Positions 30,697 to 40,585 of a DNA stretch of 64,000 nucleotides are shown piece after piece. The notes under the pieces were generated by a model. That model worked only from the letters and a program-made list of their open reading frames with translations. It was not told the DNA's origin and searched no databases. Location of the stretch: positions 448,001 to 512,000 of the forward strand of contig CP046106.1 of NCBI GenBank assembly GCA_013343275.1, written 5' to 3'. Position 1 is the stretch's first letter, and each line of letters starts with the position of its first letter. This DNA comes from Candidatus Nanohaloarchaea archaeon (GTDB lineage: Archaea > Nanohalarchaeota > Nanosalinia > Nanosalinales > Nanosalinaceae). The position numbers and the translations under genes are program-made.

Positions 30697-31569
30697 TCAC
30701 CTTATTCCTCCAGGAGCTATCCCTCTTACAAAGATTATGAACATACCAGAAATTAAAGGAAGGCCTACGAAGATCGCTATTACCTGAACTGTTACAACCA
30801 GCTGGGGCGACATTGATGCAAATGAGCTCATAACTGCGCTCATAGATGTAAAAATTATAGAACCAACAATGACGATTGTAATATACATCTCCACCAGCAG
30901 AGATAGCTGATCAGCAAACTCCTCAACTCTCCTCTCGTAATCATTCATTAAAGTCTCTGCCCTCTGTCTTAAAAACTCTCTAAGAGACCCTCCCGTAGTT
31001 ATAGAGTGGTTAATACCCCAGACAAGCTCTTCAAAATCATCACTAGGAGTCCTCTCGGCTGCACGCTTCAAGGCCTCACTTATATCCATACCTAGAGTGT
31101 TGACATCCCTACTGATCTTGGCAGCCTCCTTGGAAACCTCTCCATACTCCTCCACCTCTGAGAGATTCTGGAAGATTTCAGGTAGGGATGTACCGGTGCC
31201 TGCCAGAGTCGACAGATACATTGTGGCAAAGGGTAGAGTATCCCGAATCTTGGAGGCCCTGTTGCTTACCAGTATTCGCGGGTAGATGTAGAATCCTACA
31301 AATGTAAATATTGAGAAAAGTATTCCAAATATTATCCCTATCATAAGGCCTGCGATACCCATACTCAGAGCCATTAAGCCTCCGATAAACAGGAAGCTGG
31401 CGCCGAATACTGAGGCTGTTGAAACAAACATGGTGCTCAGGTATTCCGGCAATGAAATTTCCAGACCTGCCTTGGTAAGCTTGGGTCTCAAGCCTTCAAA
31501 GTACTCAAGATACTGCAGTGCGTATGCTCCGGCTAACTGGTAACAGAAATCGCTATACTTCTTGAGCAT
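30697..31569 (-). CDS. Type II secretion system F family (PilC/TadB-like) platform protein
   Basis: LPFATMYLSTLA, YGEVSKE, G.DISEAL...AERTPS. Confidence 0.88.
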   Translation of the reverse strand: MLKKYSDFCYQLAGAYALQYLEYFEGLRPKLTKAGLEISLPEYLSTMFVSTASVFGASFLFIGGLMALSMGIAGLMIGIIFGILFSIFTFVGFYIYPRILVSNRASKIRDTLPFATMYLSTLAGTGTSLPEIFQNLSEVEEYGEVSKEAAKISRDVNTLGMDISEALKRAAERTPSDDFEELVWGINHSITTGGSLREFLRQRAETLMNDYERRVEEFADQLSLLVEMYITIVIVGSIIFTSMSAVMSSFASMSPQLVVTVQVIAIFVGLPLISGMFIIFVRGIAPGGIR

Positions 31570-33265
31570 TGTTAATGTCTACTTCTTCATTATCAGCATT
31601 AAATGTTTGCCCAATCTTCTCCATCACTCTCTGCGGGTTAGAGTAGTACCTAGAAATCATATCACCTACATCCCTGTAGTGCTTGATCTGCTGGTCCTGC
31701 ATGTAGTTCAGTACGTGCTGACGGTTCCGGACCTCGTTCTTCAGATCCTGATAGTCCATTCCACTCTGATCGGCAATATCCTTCAGGATCATCGACTTGT
31801 TCTCGACATAGTACTCATCCTCCTTCGGATCCCATCCAAACACCTTGTTCGCATCAATACCCGTCCTCTCCTCATATCCACGGACTTCAAAGATGCCGTT
31901 AATCCTTCTGATATAGCTGCCGTCACGGCGAATCCTGGAAATCAACATAACAGCATCCAGAGTCTCGATCAGGCTGCCAGACAGGTTAATCGGCTCAGTC
32001 GTCAAACGGTCCATAAGCATGTCAAGGCTGTCGGCGTGGATAGTACTGAGTCCTGTGTGGCCTGTTGCCATCTGCTGGAACAGAATGTAGGCCTCTTCAC
32101 CACGGACCTCACCGACGATAATGTACTCAGGTCTCTGACGTAGAGATTCCTTGAGCAGGTTATCCATCGATACCTCTCCACCTTCCTCAGCGGATGAACC
32201 GAAACCTGAACGTGCTACCTCTGGCACCCAGTGCTCGTGTGGAAGCCTGAGCTCTGGCGTGTCCTCGATCGAGACAATCTTCTTGTCAGGCCTTATGAAC
32301 AGAGATAATGCATTTAGCTGTGATGTCTTACCGGATCCTGTAGTTCCTGCAATCAGTATTGATTTTCCGTGTTCCACCAGTGTCCAGAGATAGCTGTACA
32401 TCTGTGCGTTCTCCGTCTCGTAGTCCATCATGTGGATAGGAGTCAATGGGTCCTCTGTGAAACGACGGATCGTGAAGTTCGAACCTTTACGAGCAATGTC
32501 AGTTGCCAGAGTGGCCTGTACACGGGAGCCATCCGGCAGCGAACCATCGAGAAGTGGGCTGGAGACCGAAATCGACCGGCCGCATCTCTGAGCCAGCTTC
32601 ATGACAAACGCATCCAGCTCATCTTTCTCCTCCCAGACAATATCTGTCTTCACTGAGCCATATTTCGGGTTTCTGTGGTATGCATAGACAGGGATACCCT
32701 TCCCGTCGCAGGAGATATCCTCTACCTCAGTGTCGTTCATCAGAGGCTGCAGTCTTCCGAGGCCCGCGAAATCCCTCTTTGTGTAGTACCGTATTACCTC
32801 TTTCTGCTGACTGGTGACGTTCAGATTGTATTTATCGACAATAGTATCTATCTTCTTCTCCAGGTATTCGTCCGCGTCTCCGCTCTCAAGGTCGTTGAAG
32901 TCTATATCGAAGCTTCTCTGCATGATTGAATGGACTTTATCAAGAAGCTGCTCTATCTGAGGAGTGATCTCTGGTTCAACAACTCTGTAAACCAATTCTT
33001 CCTCCTCTTCGCTCCAGGAAATATGGGCCCATGCATACACCATTTCGCCTTCATCCGGGTCTGCAGGAACTAATGGGTATGTAACATCTACATCTGTTAG
33101 ATCAGCTTCGTCCTGTCCTTCATCGATCATCTCAGGGCTGAACTCTCCCGGAGCAGGTACCGAGATACCTGGTTGATTCTGGGTTTCCTCTTCCTCGTCT
33201 TCATACCACTCCGGGTGTTTCATCTTCCGGAGCCTACCTATCAACCCGTTCAAGTTCGCAGACAT
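31553..33265 (-). CDS. pilB: Type IV pilus assembly ATPase (archaeal PilB/VirB11 family)
   Basis: EDISCDG, GTTGSGKT, SIEDTPE, LRQRPEYIIVGEVRG, TGH..STIHA. Confidence 0.93.
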   Translation of the reverse strand: MSANLNGLIGRLRKMKHPEWYEDEEEETQNQPGISVPAPGEFSPEMIDEGQDEADLTDVDVTYPLVPADPDEGEMVYAWAHISWSEEEEELVYRVVEPEITPQIEQLLDKVHSIMQRSFDIDFNDLESGDADEYLEKKIDTIVDKYNLNVTSQQKEVIRYYTKRDFAGLGRLQPLMNDTEVEDISCDGKGIPVYAYHRNPKYGSVKTDIVWEEKDELDAFVMKLAQRCGRSISVSSPLLDGSLPDGSRVQATLATDIARKGSNFTIRRFTEDPLTPIHMMDYETENAQMYSYLWTLVEHGKSILIAGTTGSGKTSQLNALSLFIRPDKKIVSIEDTPELRLPHEHWVPEVARSGFGSSAEEGGEVSMDNLLKESLRQRPEYIIVGEVRGEEAYILFQQMATGHTGLSTIHADSLDMLMDRLTTEPINLSGSLIETLDAVMLISRIRRDGSYIRRINGIFEVRGYEERTGIDANKVFGWDPKEDEYYVENKSMILKDIADQSGMDYQDLKNEVRNRQHVLNYMQDQQIKHYRDVGDMISRYYSNPQRVMEKIGQTFNADNEEVDINNAQEV

Positions 33266-33673
33266 CTATCTATCACTCAAGATCAATTTGTTTTGCTCCT
33301 TCAAAATACTTACTTCCCCGCCGTCGGCTGAACCGGAGAATCGATACGTGGAGTTCAGGTTTTCAAAACTGGTTACATACTCCTCATTTCCTACAAGTAC
33401 GAAGAACTTACCGTTCTCCAGATCCATCTGATAGGAGGAATCGCCTATACTATCAGGCAGATCAACAGCCACCGTCGCAGAACCGTTCTCTATATGGCCA
33501 ACAGATAAAAGGGCAGTAGCAACTTTGGACTGCACAGCATCTACCTGCGAGGACTCCACATCCTCCATAATACTATTCTGGAAAGTAGTGAAAGCAGTTA
33601 GAAGACCTAGAGCAACCATAAGGCCTATACCCAGAGATAGTACCGCCTCCACCGCTATAAACTGGCCTTTCAT
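33266..33673 (-). CDS. Pilin-like protein (class III signal peptide)
   Basis: MKG/QFIAVEAVL N-terminus. Confidence 0.78.
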   Translation of the reverse strand: MKGQFIAVEAVLSLGIGLMVALGLLTAFTTFQNSIMEDVESSQVDAVQSKVATALLSVGHIENGSATVAVDLPDSIGDSSYQMDLENGKFFVLVGNEEYVTSFENLNSTYRFSGSADGGEVSILKEQNKLILSDR

Positions 33674-34353
33674 CCTAGATCTATGCTGATAACGTATCTC
33701 TTACGGTTTAAGGCCCTTCCAGAAGGCAATGTGACGGCCTCCGAACCCGTATCCATCCGGGTTCCTTCATTACGTATTCTTACAGTGGCGCCACCTGCAG
33801 CTTTTGTTCCTCCTGCAGCTACAAGGTCTATCTTTTCCAAACGAGAGCCAGAAGGTGTTTCTACATACATATTTCTGAACTCAATCCTGTAGGTCAGCAA
33901 AGTAGCTGAACCCCCAGTAGATTTCACCATGACTATCCCTGGAAGGTCTTTCCCGCTTATAGCATAGGCTCCGGTCTCTGCACTTGGTCTTATAGATATA
34001 TTTTGCAGACTGTCCCCTTTCAGAAATGTCCAGCGGTTGGCGTAGGGCGCGCTGCGGGAGGTACGGACCGTTACGTTGATGTAGTCTTTTTCAGAGTTAA
34101 CATTTACTCTGCGTATTGATGATTCCGAGTTCGGAAGCTTCAAGGGATACGGAGTTAATGTTCCTTCACCGGACTCCTTAACATCTATTATTTCCGAATA
34201 CAGGCCGACAACGTTATCTTCTATATTTGATACTGTTGCTTGGCCCTGTCGTTTCTCGAGTATAGGCGTTCCCCATACGTAGACAGATGCCACAGCACCT
34301 ATTGTAAGACCGGTGACTAGAATTGCAGTTACTGCAGTTGTCTGGCCTTTCAT
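33670..34353 (-). CDS. Pilin-like protein (class III signal peptide)
   Basis: MKG/QTTAVTAILV...VYVWGTP. Confidence 0.78.
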   Translation of the reverse strand: MKGQTTAVTAILVTGLTIGAVASVYVWGTPILEKRQGQATVSNIEDNVVGLYSEIIDVKESGEGTLTPYPLKLPNSESSIRRVNVNSEKDYINVTVRTSRSAPYANRWTFLKGDSLQNISIRPSAETGAYAISGKDLPGIVMVKSTGGSATLLTYRIEFRNMYVETPSGSRLEKIDLVAAGGTKAAGGATVRIRNEGTRMDTGSEAVTLPSGRALNRKRYVISIDLG

Positions 34354-34411
34354 GTAATCAGGATAATCAGAGATAGAATATAAAATGAGGGGAAATGAAA
34401 AGTAAGGAAGT

Positions 34412-34942
34412 TTAGCAGCCTACTGAGCTACTGGTCTGTGGATCACATGTCCATGGTCCGAAGCTCTTTGCCGCTCCATCCATACTAACTGATATGCCTA
34501 TTGAGTTAGCTGCTGAAGGCCACTCAATACCGGTATTACAGGTATACTTCTCTCCTGGATTCACAAGTTTGTAGTTGCTCTGCTCAAAGCAGTTCTTAGC
34601 TGTATCACTGAAGGTGAAAGGTGTTGATGCTAGTGCACGCCCGGAAACTGCCGAGCCTGTACCCTGCGGCACGTAGGACATGCTGAACTCAGTACTGTTC
34701 CACGCTACACTTCCTACGTTAGACAATGTAATATTGACATATGCCGGAGAGCCACTGGTCTTGTAGAGGCTCTCCATATTCATATCCGTATTCCTAATCT
34801 GCTGCTGCTGGTTCACCTGCTGGCCAGGATTCCCGATTAGGCTTTGGAACTGAGTGTATACAACTCCTACCGCTCCTACAGTTATGAGAAGTAGTAGAAC
34901 AATAGCAATTACAGGCGTTATACCTTTCCTCTTTGTTAGCAT
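34412..34942 (-). CDS. Archaeal type IV pilin (probable major pilin)
   Basis: RKG/ITPVIAIVLLLLITV canonical pilin H-domain; C-terminal Cys residues. Confidence 0.88.
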   Translation of the reverse strand: MLTKRKGITPVIAIVLLLLITVGAVGVVYTQFQSLIGNPGQQVNQQQQIRNTDMNMESLYKTSGSPAYVNITLSNVGSVAWNSTEFSMSYVPQGTGSAVSGRALASTPFTFSDTAKNCFEQSNYKLVNPGEKYTCNTGIEWPSAANSIGISVSMDGAAKSFGPWTCDPQTSSSVGC

Positions 34943-34994
34943 GATACCACTTATATCCTAGATTCCTTCTGCCTACTTAAATAGTTTTTTCGAC

Positions 34995-35477
34995 TTAACA
35001 GGAGTCTTCGCCGTTACTGTTGCTGCAGACTATCGAGGAGGAAGTATCGTACTGACCTCTCAGGACGATAGTAGTTGAACTCCCTACAGCAGGATAGGCC
35101 TTCATAGTATCTATAGTAACAGTATCTCCTGGATCAAGGGCGTTGTCCGACGGTGCACCGTAAGCATAGGTCCAGGATAACTTGTTGCCGTCCGAGTATA
35201 TATTCCAGAGCTTAACCCCGTCTTCCTCAGTAGCCAGAGTCATATCCCCATCATTTGTTACTTCAAGCCAGATATTACCGTTGCTACCTCTGTAACCGTA
35301 CTCTATACTTAACTCAGCTTTCTGCTCTTTGCTATCTACTCCTAATCTCTCCTTAACTCCTTCCCCAACATCGTCGACAGTATCGCTGAGAAAGATAGCT
35401 GAAGTAGAAACTGTGGCTATGCTGATAAGCAGAAGTAAGGAAGTTGCAACTACAGGAGTGACTCCTTTTCTATTCAT
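34995..35477 (-). CDS. Archaeal type IV pilin
   Basis: Likely start MNRKG/VTPVVATSLLLLISI at 35477; C-terminal C..C. Confidence 0.85.
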   Translation of the reverse strand: MNRKGVTPVVATSLLLLISIATVSTSAIFLSDTVDDVGEGVKERLGVDSKEQKAELSIEYGYRGSNGNIWLEVTNDGDMTLATEEDGVKLWNIYSDGNKLSWTYAYGAPSDNALDPGDTVTIDTMKAYPAVGSSTTIVLRGQYDTSSSIVCSNSNGEDSC

Positions 35478-36087
35478 TTTGATTATTGCCGTTACCTGAT
35501 CCAAACCTTTCTTTTAACTGCCTGACTCTCTCAGAGCTTTGGCCTCCAGAGTTATTTTGCTGCCTGCTCTGAGCATTACCTGATCTCTGCTGCCTGCCTC
35601 CTCCCTGAGCCATTCCGGCCTGCCGGAGGTTATTGTTTATATTCTGCAGATGGTTGATAACCTCTTCATTAGATGACTGAATATCCTGGGCCACATCATC
35701 CATCTTGTTACCTATGGCATCGGCGATTCTGCCTTCCATATCGCCAACCATTTCTCCTTCCATATCCATCTCGGAGGCCTCGTGAAGAAGGTCCATGAAT
35801 GAGTTCATGTTGTCAACTACCTCGTCCATCTTATGTGTCAGGTCTTCGACTTCGTTCTTCAACTCGTGAGTGGACTCAGTCATATCGTTGACGATTTTCT
35901 GGTTGGATTTCATTATGTCAAGAACATCACGGATAAGCTCATCGTTGCTTCCGCCAGCATTCTGCTGGGCCTGTTCCTGCATTTCATCAATTCTTCTTTC
36001 AAGTTTTCTGATAGGGCCAACTGGCACCATTTCATAGTCGTCATGCCCTTCGTCGTCGCCCAGTTCAACCTCGCTTCTTTTTGACAT
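35470..36087 (-). CDS. Coiled-coil protein heading the pilus operon
   Basis: Heptad-rich acidic core with Q/G-rich tail; overlaps the start of the first pilin. Confidence 0.75.
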   Translation of the reverse strand: MSKRSEVELGDDEGHDDYEMVPVGPIRKLERRIDEMQEQAQQNAGGSNDELIRDVLDIMKSNQKIVNDMTESTHELKNEVEDLTHKMDEVVDNMNSFMDLLHEASEMDMEGEMVGDMEGRIADAIGNKMDDVAQDIQSSNEEVINHLQNINNNLRQAGMAQGGGRQQRSGNAQSRQQNNSGGQSSERVRQLKERFGSGNGNNQNE

Positions 36088-36181
36088 AGTTAGGAGAACC
36101 TCTCTTATTGAAGAATAAGGTAGAAGCCGGTATTTATAATCAAGGGAAGAAAAAGAAATGAAATCTTTAGAGATGGGAGGG

Positions 36182-37867
36182 CTACATCATTCCTCCCATA
36201 CCGCCCATTCCTCCGCCAGGCATTCCGCCGGCGCCGCCTCCTGGGCCTCCTTCTGGTTCACTGTCGTCGGAGCTGAATCCTGAGGCAGAGATTACGTCGT
36301 CGATTCTGAGAATCATCTCTGCGGATTCTGATGCAGAGGTGACGGCCTGTGTCTTGATCTGTAGCGGTTCGACTACGCCCTGGTCAAAGAGTTTCTGGGA
36401 GCTGCCAGACGTTACGTCGAGGCCGGCCCATACCTGGCCTTCGTCATGTTTGTTTCTGAGATCGACCAGAGAGTCGATTGGGTCGTAGCCTGCGTTTTCT
36501 GCCAGGGTGCGCGGTACTACTTCCAGTGCATCGGCGAAGGCATTGATTGCGAGCTGTTCTCTGCCTCCTACGCTGTCAGCGTAGTCTCGGAGTTCCTGTG
36601 CAAGTTCTACTTCTGTTGCTCCGCCACCCCCTACTACTTTGCCATTTCTGAGGGCGGACGCTGCTCCACCGATTGCGTCTTCCATTGCTCTTTCTATCTC
36701 GTCGACTACGTGTTCTGTTCCTCCTCTTACAAGGATAGTAACGGATTTTGCAGCCGGGCAGTCCTGTACAAATGTCATCGCGTCGCCGCCGACAACTTTT
36801 TCCTGTACGGAGCCTGCTTTTCCGAGATCTGAGGCCTCTATGTCTTCTATATTTGTTACAATGTTTGCTCCTGTGGCCCGGGAGAGCTTTTCGATGTCTT
36901 TGGTTGATACCCTTCTGATTGCTGTGATTCCTTTCTTGGCAAGGTAGTGCTGTGCGATGTCGTCGATACCTTTCTGACAGAGAACTACATCTGCTCCTGC
37001 TTCGTCAAGTGCATCTACCATCTCCTTGAGCTGTTCTTCTTCCTGTTCGACGAAGTTCTTCATCTGGCTTGGATCGGAGATATTGATCTCTGCGTCAGTC
37101 TCTGTTTCCTTAACTTCGATTGCTGTATTCAGGAGCGCGATATCTGCGTCTTCGACTTCTGTAGGCATTCCGGTATGTACTCTATCCTTGTTTAGGATTA
37201 CTCCCTGTACAAGTTCTGTGTCCTCTACAGTTCCGCCCTGGCTTTTCTCCAGCTTGATCATTTCTCTGTCGATGACAAACTCATCTTCTCTCTCCTCTGC
37301 TACTTGCTTAACTGCGTCAACAGCGATCTCTGCCAGGTAGTCACGGGCTGTCTCTGCTGATTTGCCAGTCATAGACGTCATGGCTACTTTTTCAAGAGTT
37401 TCATCGTCGTCAAGCGATACATCTTCTGCGATATCGTTGAGAACTCTTGTTGCTCGCTCTCTGGCCTTACGGTAGCCTTTAGTTATGATTGTTGGATGGA
37501 TTTCCTGGTCCAGGAGATCCTCTGCCTGTTTCAGCAGCTCTCCGGAAAGTACTACTGCAGTTGTTGTTCCATCTCCGACTTCTTCTTCCTGAGTCTGTGC
37601 GACCTCGACCATCATCTTGGCGGCCGGATGCTCGAGATCCATTTCTTCAAGTATTGTTACACCGTCATTGGTCACTACAAGATCTCCTACGGAATCGACC
37701 ATCATCTTGTCCATTCCTTTAGGGCCTAGAGTAGTTCTTACTGCTTTTGCGACGGTTTTGCATGCATTAATATTGTTTTCCTGAGCGTCTTCTCCAGACT
37801 GTCTTTGGGTATCTTCCGACATTACGAAGATTGGCTGTCCTCCTAGTCCTGGCATAGAATTATTCAC
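36182..37867 (-). CDS. ths: Thermosome subunit (group II chaperonin)
   Basis: [24 protein letters not shown]; GGM-rich tail. Confidence 0.97.
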   Translation of the reverse strand: MNNSMPGLGGQPIFVMSEDTQRQSGEDAQENNINACKTVAKAVRTTLGPKGMDKMMVDSVGDLVVTNDGVTILEEMDLEHPAAKMMVEVAQTQEEEVGDGTTTAVVLSGELLKQAEDLLDQEIHPTIITKGYRKARERATRVLNDIAEDVSLDDDETLEKVAMTSMTGKSAETARDYLAEIAVDAVKQVAEEREDEFVIDREMIKLEKSQGGTVEDTELVQGVILNKDRVHTGMPTEVEDADIALLNTAIEVKETETDAEINISDPSQMKNFVEQEEEQLKEMVDALDEAGADVVLCQKGIDDIAQHYLAKKGITAIRRVSTKDIEKLSRATGANIVTNIEDIEASDLGKAGSVQEKVVGGDAMTFVQDCPAAKSVTILVRGGTEHVVDEIERAMEDAIGGAASALRNGKVVGGGGATEVELAQELRDYADSVGGREQLAINAFADALEVVPRTLAENAGYDPIDSLVDLRNKHDEGQVWAGLDVTSGSSQKLFDQGVVEPLQIKTQAVTSASESAEMILRIDDVISASGFSSDDSEPEGGPGGGAGGMPGGGMGGMGGMM

Positions 37868-37941
37868 CTATTTTCATAGACATGTACAAAAAAATAAAAG
37901 ACTGTCTGTTGCCAGAAAATTGTCACAATACAGAGGGCCTT

Positions 37942-39804
37942 CTACTCAAGCGCTTTCTCCAGCTCTTCCTGCAAGATCTTCGATACAGTCCCTCCATCAG
38001 CCTCTACACGGCCCATCACCTGACCCATCAGGGCTCCCTGCGCATGCATGCCTTGCTCTTCGACCATCTCCTCTTTCTGATCTATTACTTCTCTGACAAC
38101 CTTTCTGATCTCTTCTTCAGAAGTCTTGCTCTCGGAAATTTCTTCTATAATTACTTCAACAGATTTACCTGTGCTGTTAAACTCCGAGACAAGCTCTTTC
38201 AGATCATCGTTCGATATCTTTCCTTCATCAAGCCCTCCAAGAATCTTGGAGTACTGCTCGTGGCCTAGGTCTTCTATATCGACTTCTTTCTCTAGGACAG
38301 AGTAGATATTGGTGAAAAAGTTTGCTACAAGCTTTTCATCATACTCGTCCTTGAACTTTTCGAACAACGGTAGCCTCTCGCTATATACTATCTGGGAAGC
38401 CAGTTCTCCGCCTATAATTTCCGAATATCTGTCTTCTCTTTCCTCGAGAGTGTCCGGCAGGTTCTGATCGATTTCCTGAACATCTTCCTCAGTAACTCTT
38501 ACCGCCGGTATATCGGTCTCAGGATACATCCGGGCGCTGCCTGGCAGAGGCCTTGCATAGCTGGTGGTAAAGTTCTGCTCAGCAGTCCTGGTTTCTTCCG
38601 GTACTTCTCCCTTATACAGTAGTTTTGCTCTATCTTTTACTGCCTGTGCTGCGGCCTTTGCCTGATCTTTCTCGGCAGCGATGACCGTGACTACATCTTC
38701 GTCATTTTTATCGAATACATCGGCTAGCTCTGAGAATTCTTCCGTCAGGCCGTAGTTTTCAAGGTCCTCATCTGTATGCAGTATTCCCTGCACTCCACGG
38801 GATTTCGCGTAGTCAACTAGCTCCTTGGCCACATATCTGTCTCCAGAGATCTTCTGCTTCATCTTACCTGTCAGGCCCGGGAGCTTCATTGCATATACTG
38901 CACCGTTGTTTTCCAGTACTGTAGAAATTATCTCATTATCTGTACTTTCGAAGACAGAAGTTACATTGTCAGCTACAATTTCCTGTTTTTCAAGCTGTTC
39001 TCCCAGCTCGACTAGGTTTTTCTGACGCTGGACTTCGTTCTCTATCACTTTATCGATATTCTCTACATCCTGGAATCCTTTGATCTCTACCCGAGAGCCT
39101 TCCTCGATAGAGACGTTGACGTCCTGTCTGATTGTACCGATTCCTCTGCGGGCTTTTCCTGTTGACCGGAGAAGCATACCTATCTTCTTGGCTACTTCAC
39201 GCGCATGCTCCGGGTTCTGGATCGAGGCATCGGTTCCTACCTCCACAAGAGGAACACCAAGCCTGTTGAGATCATAGAGAGCCTTATCTCCGTCCCTCTC
39301 ATGTATTCCAGCGGATTCCTCCTCCAGCTCGATGTCATCGATGTTTACTGTACCGGTCTCGGTCTCCAGTTTGCCGCCAAGGCCTATCATTGCTGTTCTC
39401 TGGAAGCCTGAGGTGTTGGAGCCATCCACCACCATTTTACGCATGACCTGGACCTCATCCGGAACATCTGCGTCAACCATACGTGTAAATATGAGAGCCG
39501 TCTCCAGGGCCTCTTCGTCGATGCTGTGCGGAGGTTCTTCATCGAGTTCTACGAGGCAGTTGTTGCGGTTATAGTATTTGTAGATGTATTTCTTGGATTG
39601 TTCTGCTGCTACTTCGGCGGCCTCGTCTTTCTCTCCGGTCTCTCCAGCTACTGCTCTGAGGTATCTGCTAACTCTGTGATCTGCGGCCTCGTCCTGAAGG
39701 TCTACAGGGCAGTCGCAGAAAAGTTTTGTCTCTGTTGCAAGCTGCTGGTGTATTTCGATTCCGCATTTGAAGCCTAGTTCTTCATAGTTAAGATTATTTG
39801 ACAA
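37942..39804 (-). CDS. gatE: Glu-tRNA(Gln) amidotransferase subunit E
   Basis: GIEIHQQL, RKMVVDGSNTSGFQRT, GTIRQDVNVSI, RMYPETD. Confidence 0.96.
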   Translation of the reverse strand: MSNNLNYEELGFKCGIEIHQQLATETKLFCDCPVDLQDEAADHRVSRYLRAVAGETGEKDEAAEVAAEQSKKYIYKYYNRNNCLVELDEEPPHSIDEEALETALIFTRMVDADVPDEVQVMRKMVVDGSNTSGFQRTAMIGLGGKLETETGTVNIDDIELEEESAGIHERDGDKALYDLNRLGVPLVEVGTDASIQNPEHAREVAKKIGMLLRSTGKARRGIGTIRQDVNVSIEEGSRVEIKGFQDVENIDKVIENEVQRQKNLVELGEQLEKQEIVADNVTSVFESTDNEIISTVLENNGAVYAMKLPGLTGKMKQKISGDRYVAKELVDYAKSRGVQGILHTDEDLENYGLTEEFSELADVFDKNDEDVVTVIAAEKDQAKAAAQAVKDRAKLLYKGEVPEETRTAEQNFTTSYARPLPGSARMYPETDIPAVRVTEEDVQEIDQNLPDTLEEREDRYSEIIGGELASQIVYSERLPLFEKFKDEYDEKLVANFFTNIYSVLEKEVDIEDLGHEQYSKILGGLDEGKISNDDLKELVSEFNSTGKSVEVIIEEISESKTSEEEIRKVVREVIDQKEEMVEEQGMHAQGALMGQVMGRVEADGGTVSKILQEELEKALE

Positions 39805-40330
39805 GATCTCTCACCTTCTCTCTGAGTTCTTCTTCCTCTATATCTTCGTTTTTGATAATGTAGTCGCTTAGAGACATCATCTTCCCGACACCGTTCTGGA
39901 TTTCTCTCAGGTCTCTCTCCTCGAAGCCATCTCCTTCGACATCCTCATCTCTCTGGCGAGCCTCTCTCCGTTTCCTGCGGGTTTCACGCGAGGCCCATAC
40001 AGCCACTACATCAATTTCTTCCTCTATCTCTTTCTCAAATCTTTTCTTTTCATCCCAGCCTCTCATACCGGTAATCACTATCTTATCTCTTTCATCAATT
40101 ATTTCCTGGAGATAAGGAATACTGAGTTGGGCGATCGCATCCATTCCGTGTTCCTCTCGCATAGAGTTCACGAAGTCTCCTGTAGAGGCGGTTTCAAGGT
40201 TTCTTTTCTGCATCTCTGTTCTCACTACATCTCCCATGTCAAGGACTACGAATCCTTCTTCCTCAAGCATTTCAGCGACAGTGGTTTTTCCTGCAAGAGG
40301 CATTCCTGTTACTCCGTATATTTCTGTCAT
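39794..40330 (-). CDS. Nucleotide kinase (UPF0200/dephospho-CoA kinase-like)
   Basis: TGMPLAGKTT, MGDVVR, G.R, ERDLRE...G. Confidence 0.8.
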   Translation of the reverse strand: MTEIYGVTGMPLAGKTTVAEMLEEEGFVVLDMGDVVRTEMQKRNLETASTGDFVNSMREEHGMDAIAQLSIPYLQEIIDERDKIVITGMRGWDEKKRFEKEIEEEIDVVAVWASRETRRKRREARQRDEDVEGDGFEERDLREIQNGVGKMMSLSDYIIKNEDIEEEELREKVRDLVK

Positions 40331-40585
40331 CTAGGCCGACCTCTTGACTTCGTCTCGTATCATTGATTTAGCTACCTGGTACTCTGTAAAGTCATCTATT
40401 TCGATCTGGTCAAATCCCTGCTGGTTCATGAACTGTTTCGGATTATCCAGCTCCTTCCCGTTATCGTAGGAGACTACCAGCGCGAACTCTCTGAGAATAT
40501 CGAAAACCCTCTCCTTCTTACCGCTTTCAAGGAATTTCTTGGCTTTCTTGTCGAATTCATCCAGCATATCGTCTTCACTCATCAT
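40331..40585 (-). CDS. Hypothetical protein
   Basis: 84 aa ORF tightly packed between gatD and the kinase gene. Confidence 0.7.
   Translation of the reverse strand: MMSEDDMLDEFDKKAKKFLESGKKERVFDILREFALVVSYDNGKELDNPKQFMNQQGFDQIEIDDFTEYQVAKSMIRDEVKRSA

Noticed and set aside
25936-36087. Archaellum operon
   Set aside because: No FlaH/FlaF/FlaG-like genes; two separate platform proteins and pilin-type N-termini.
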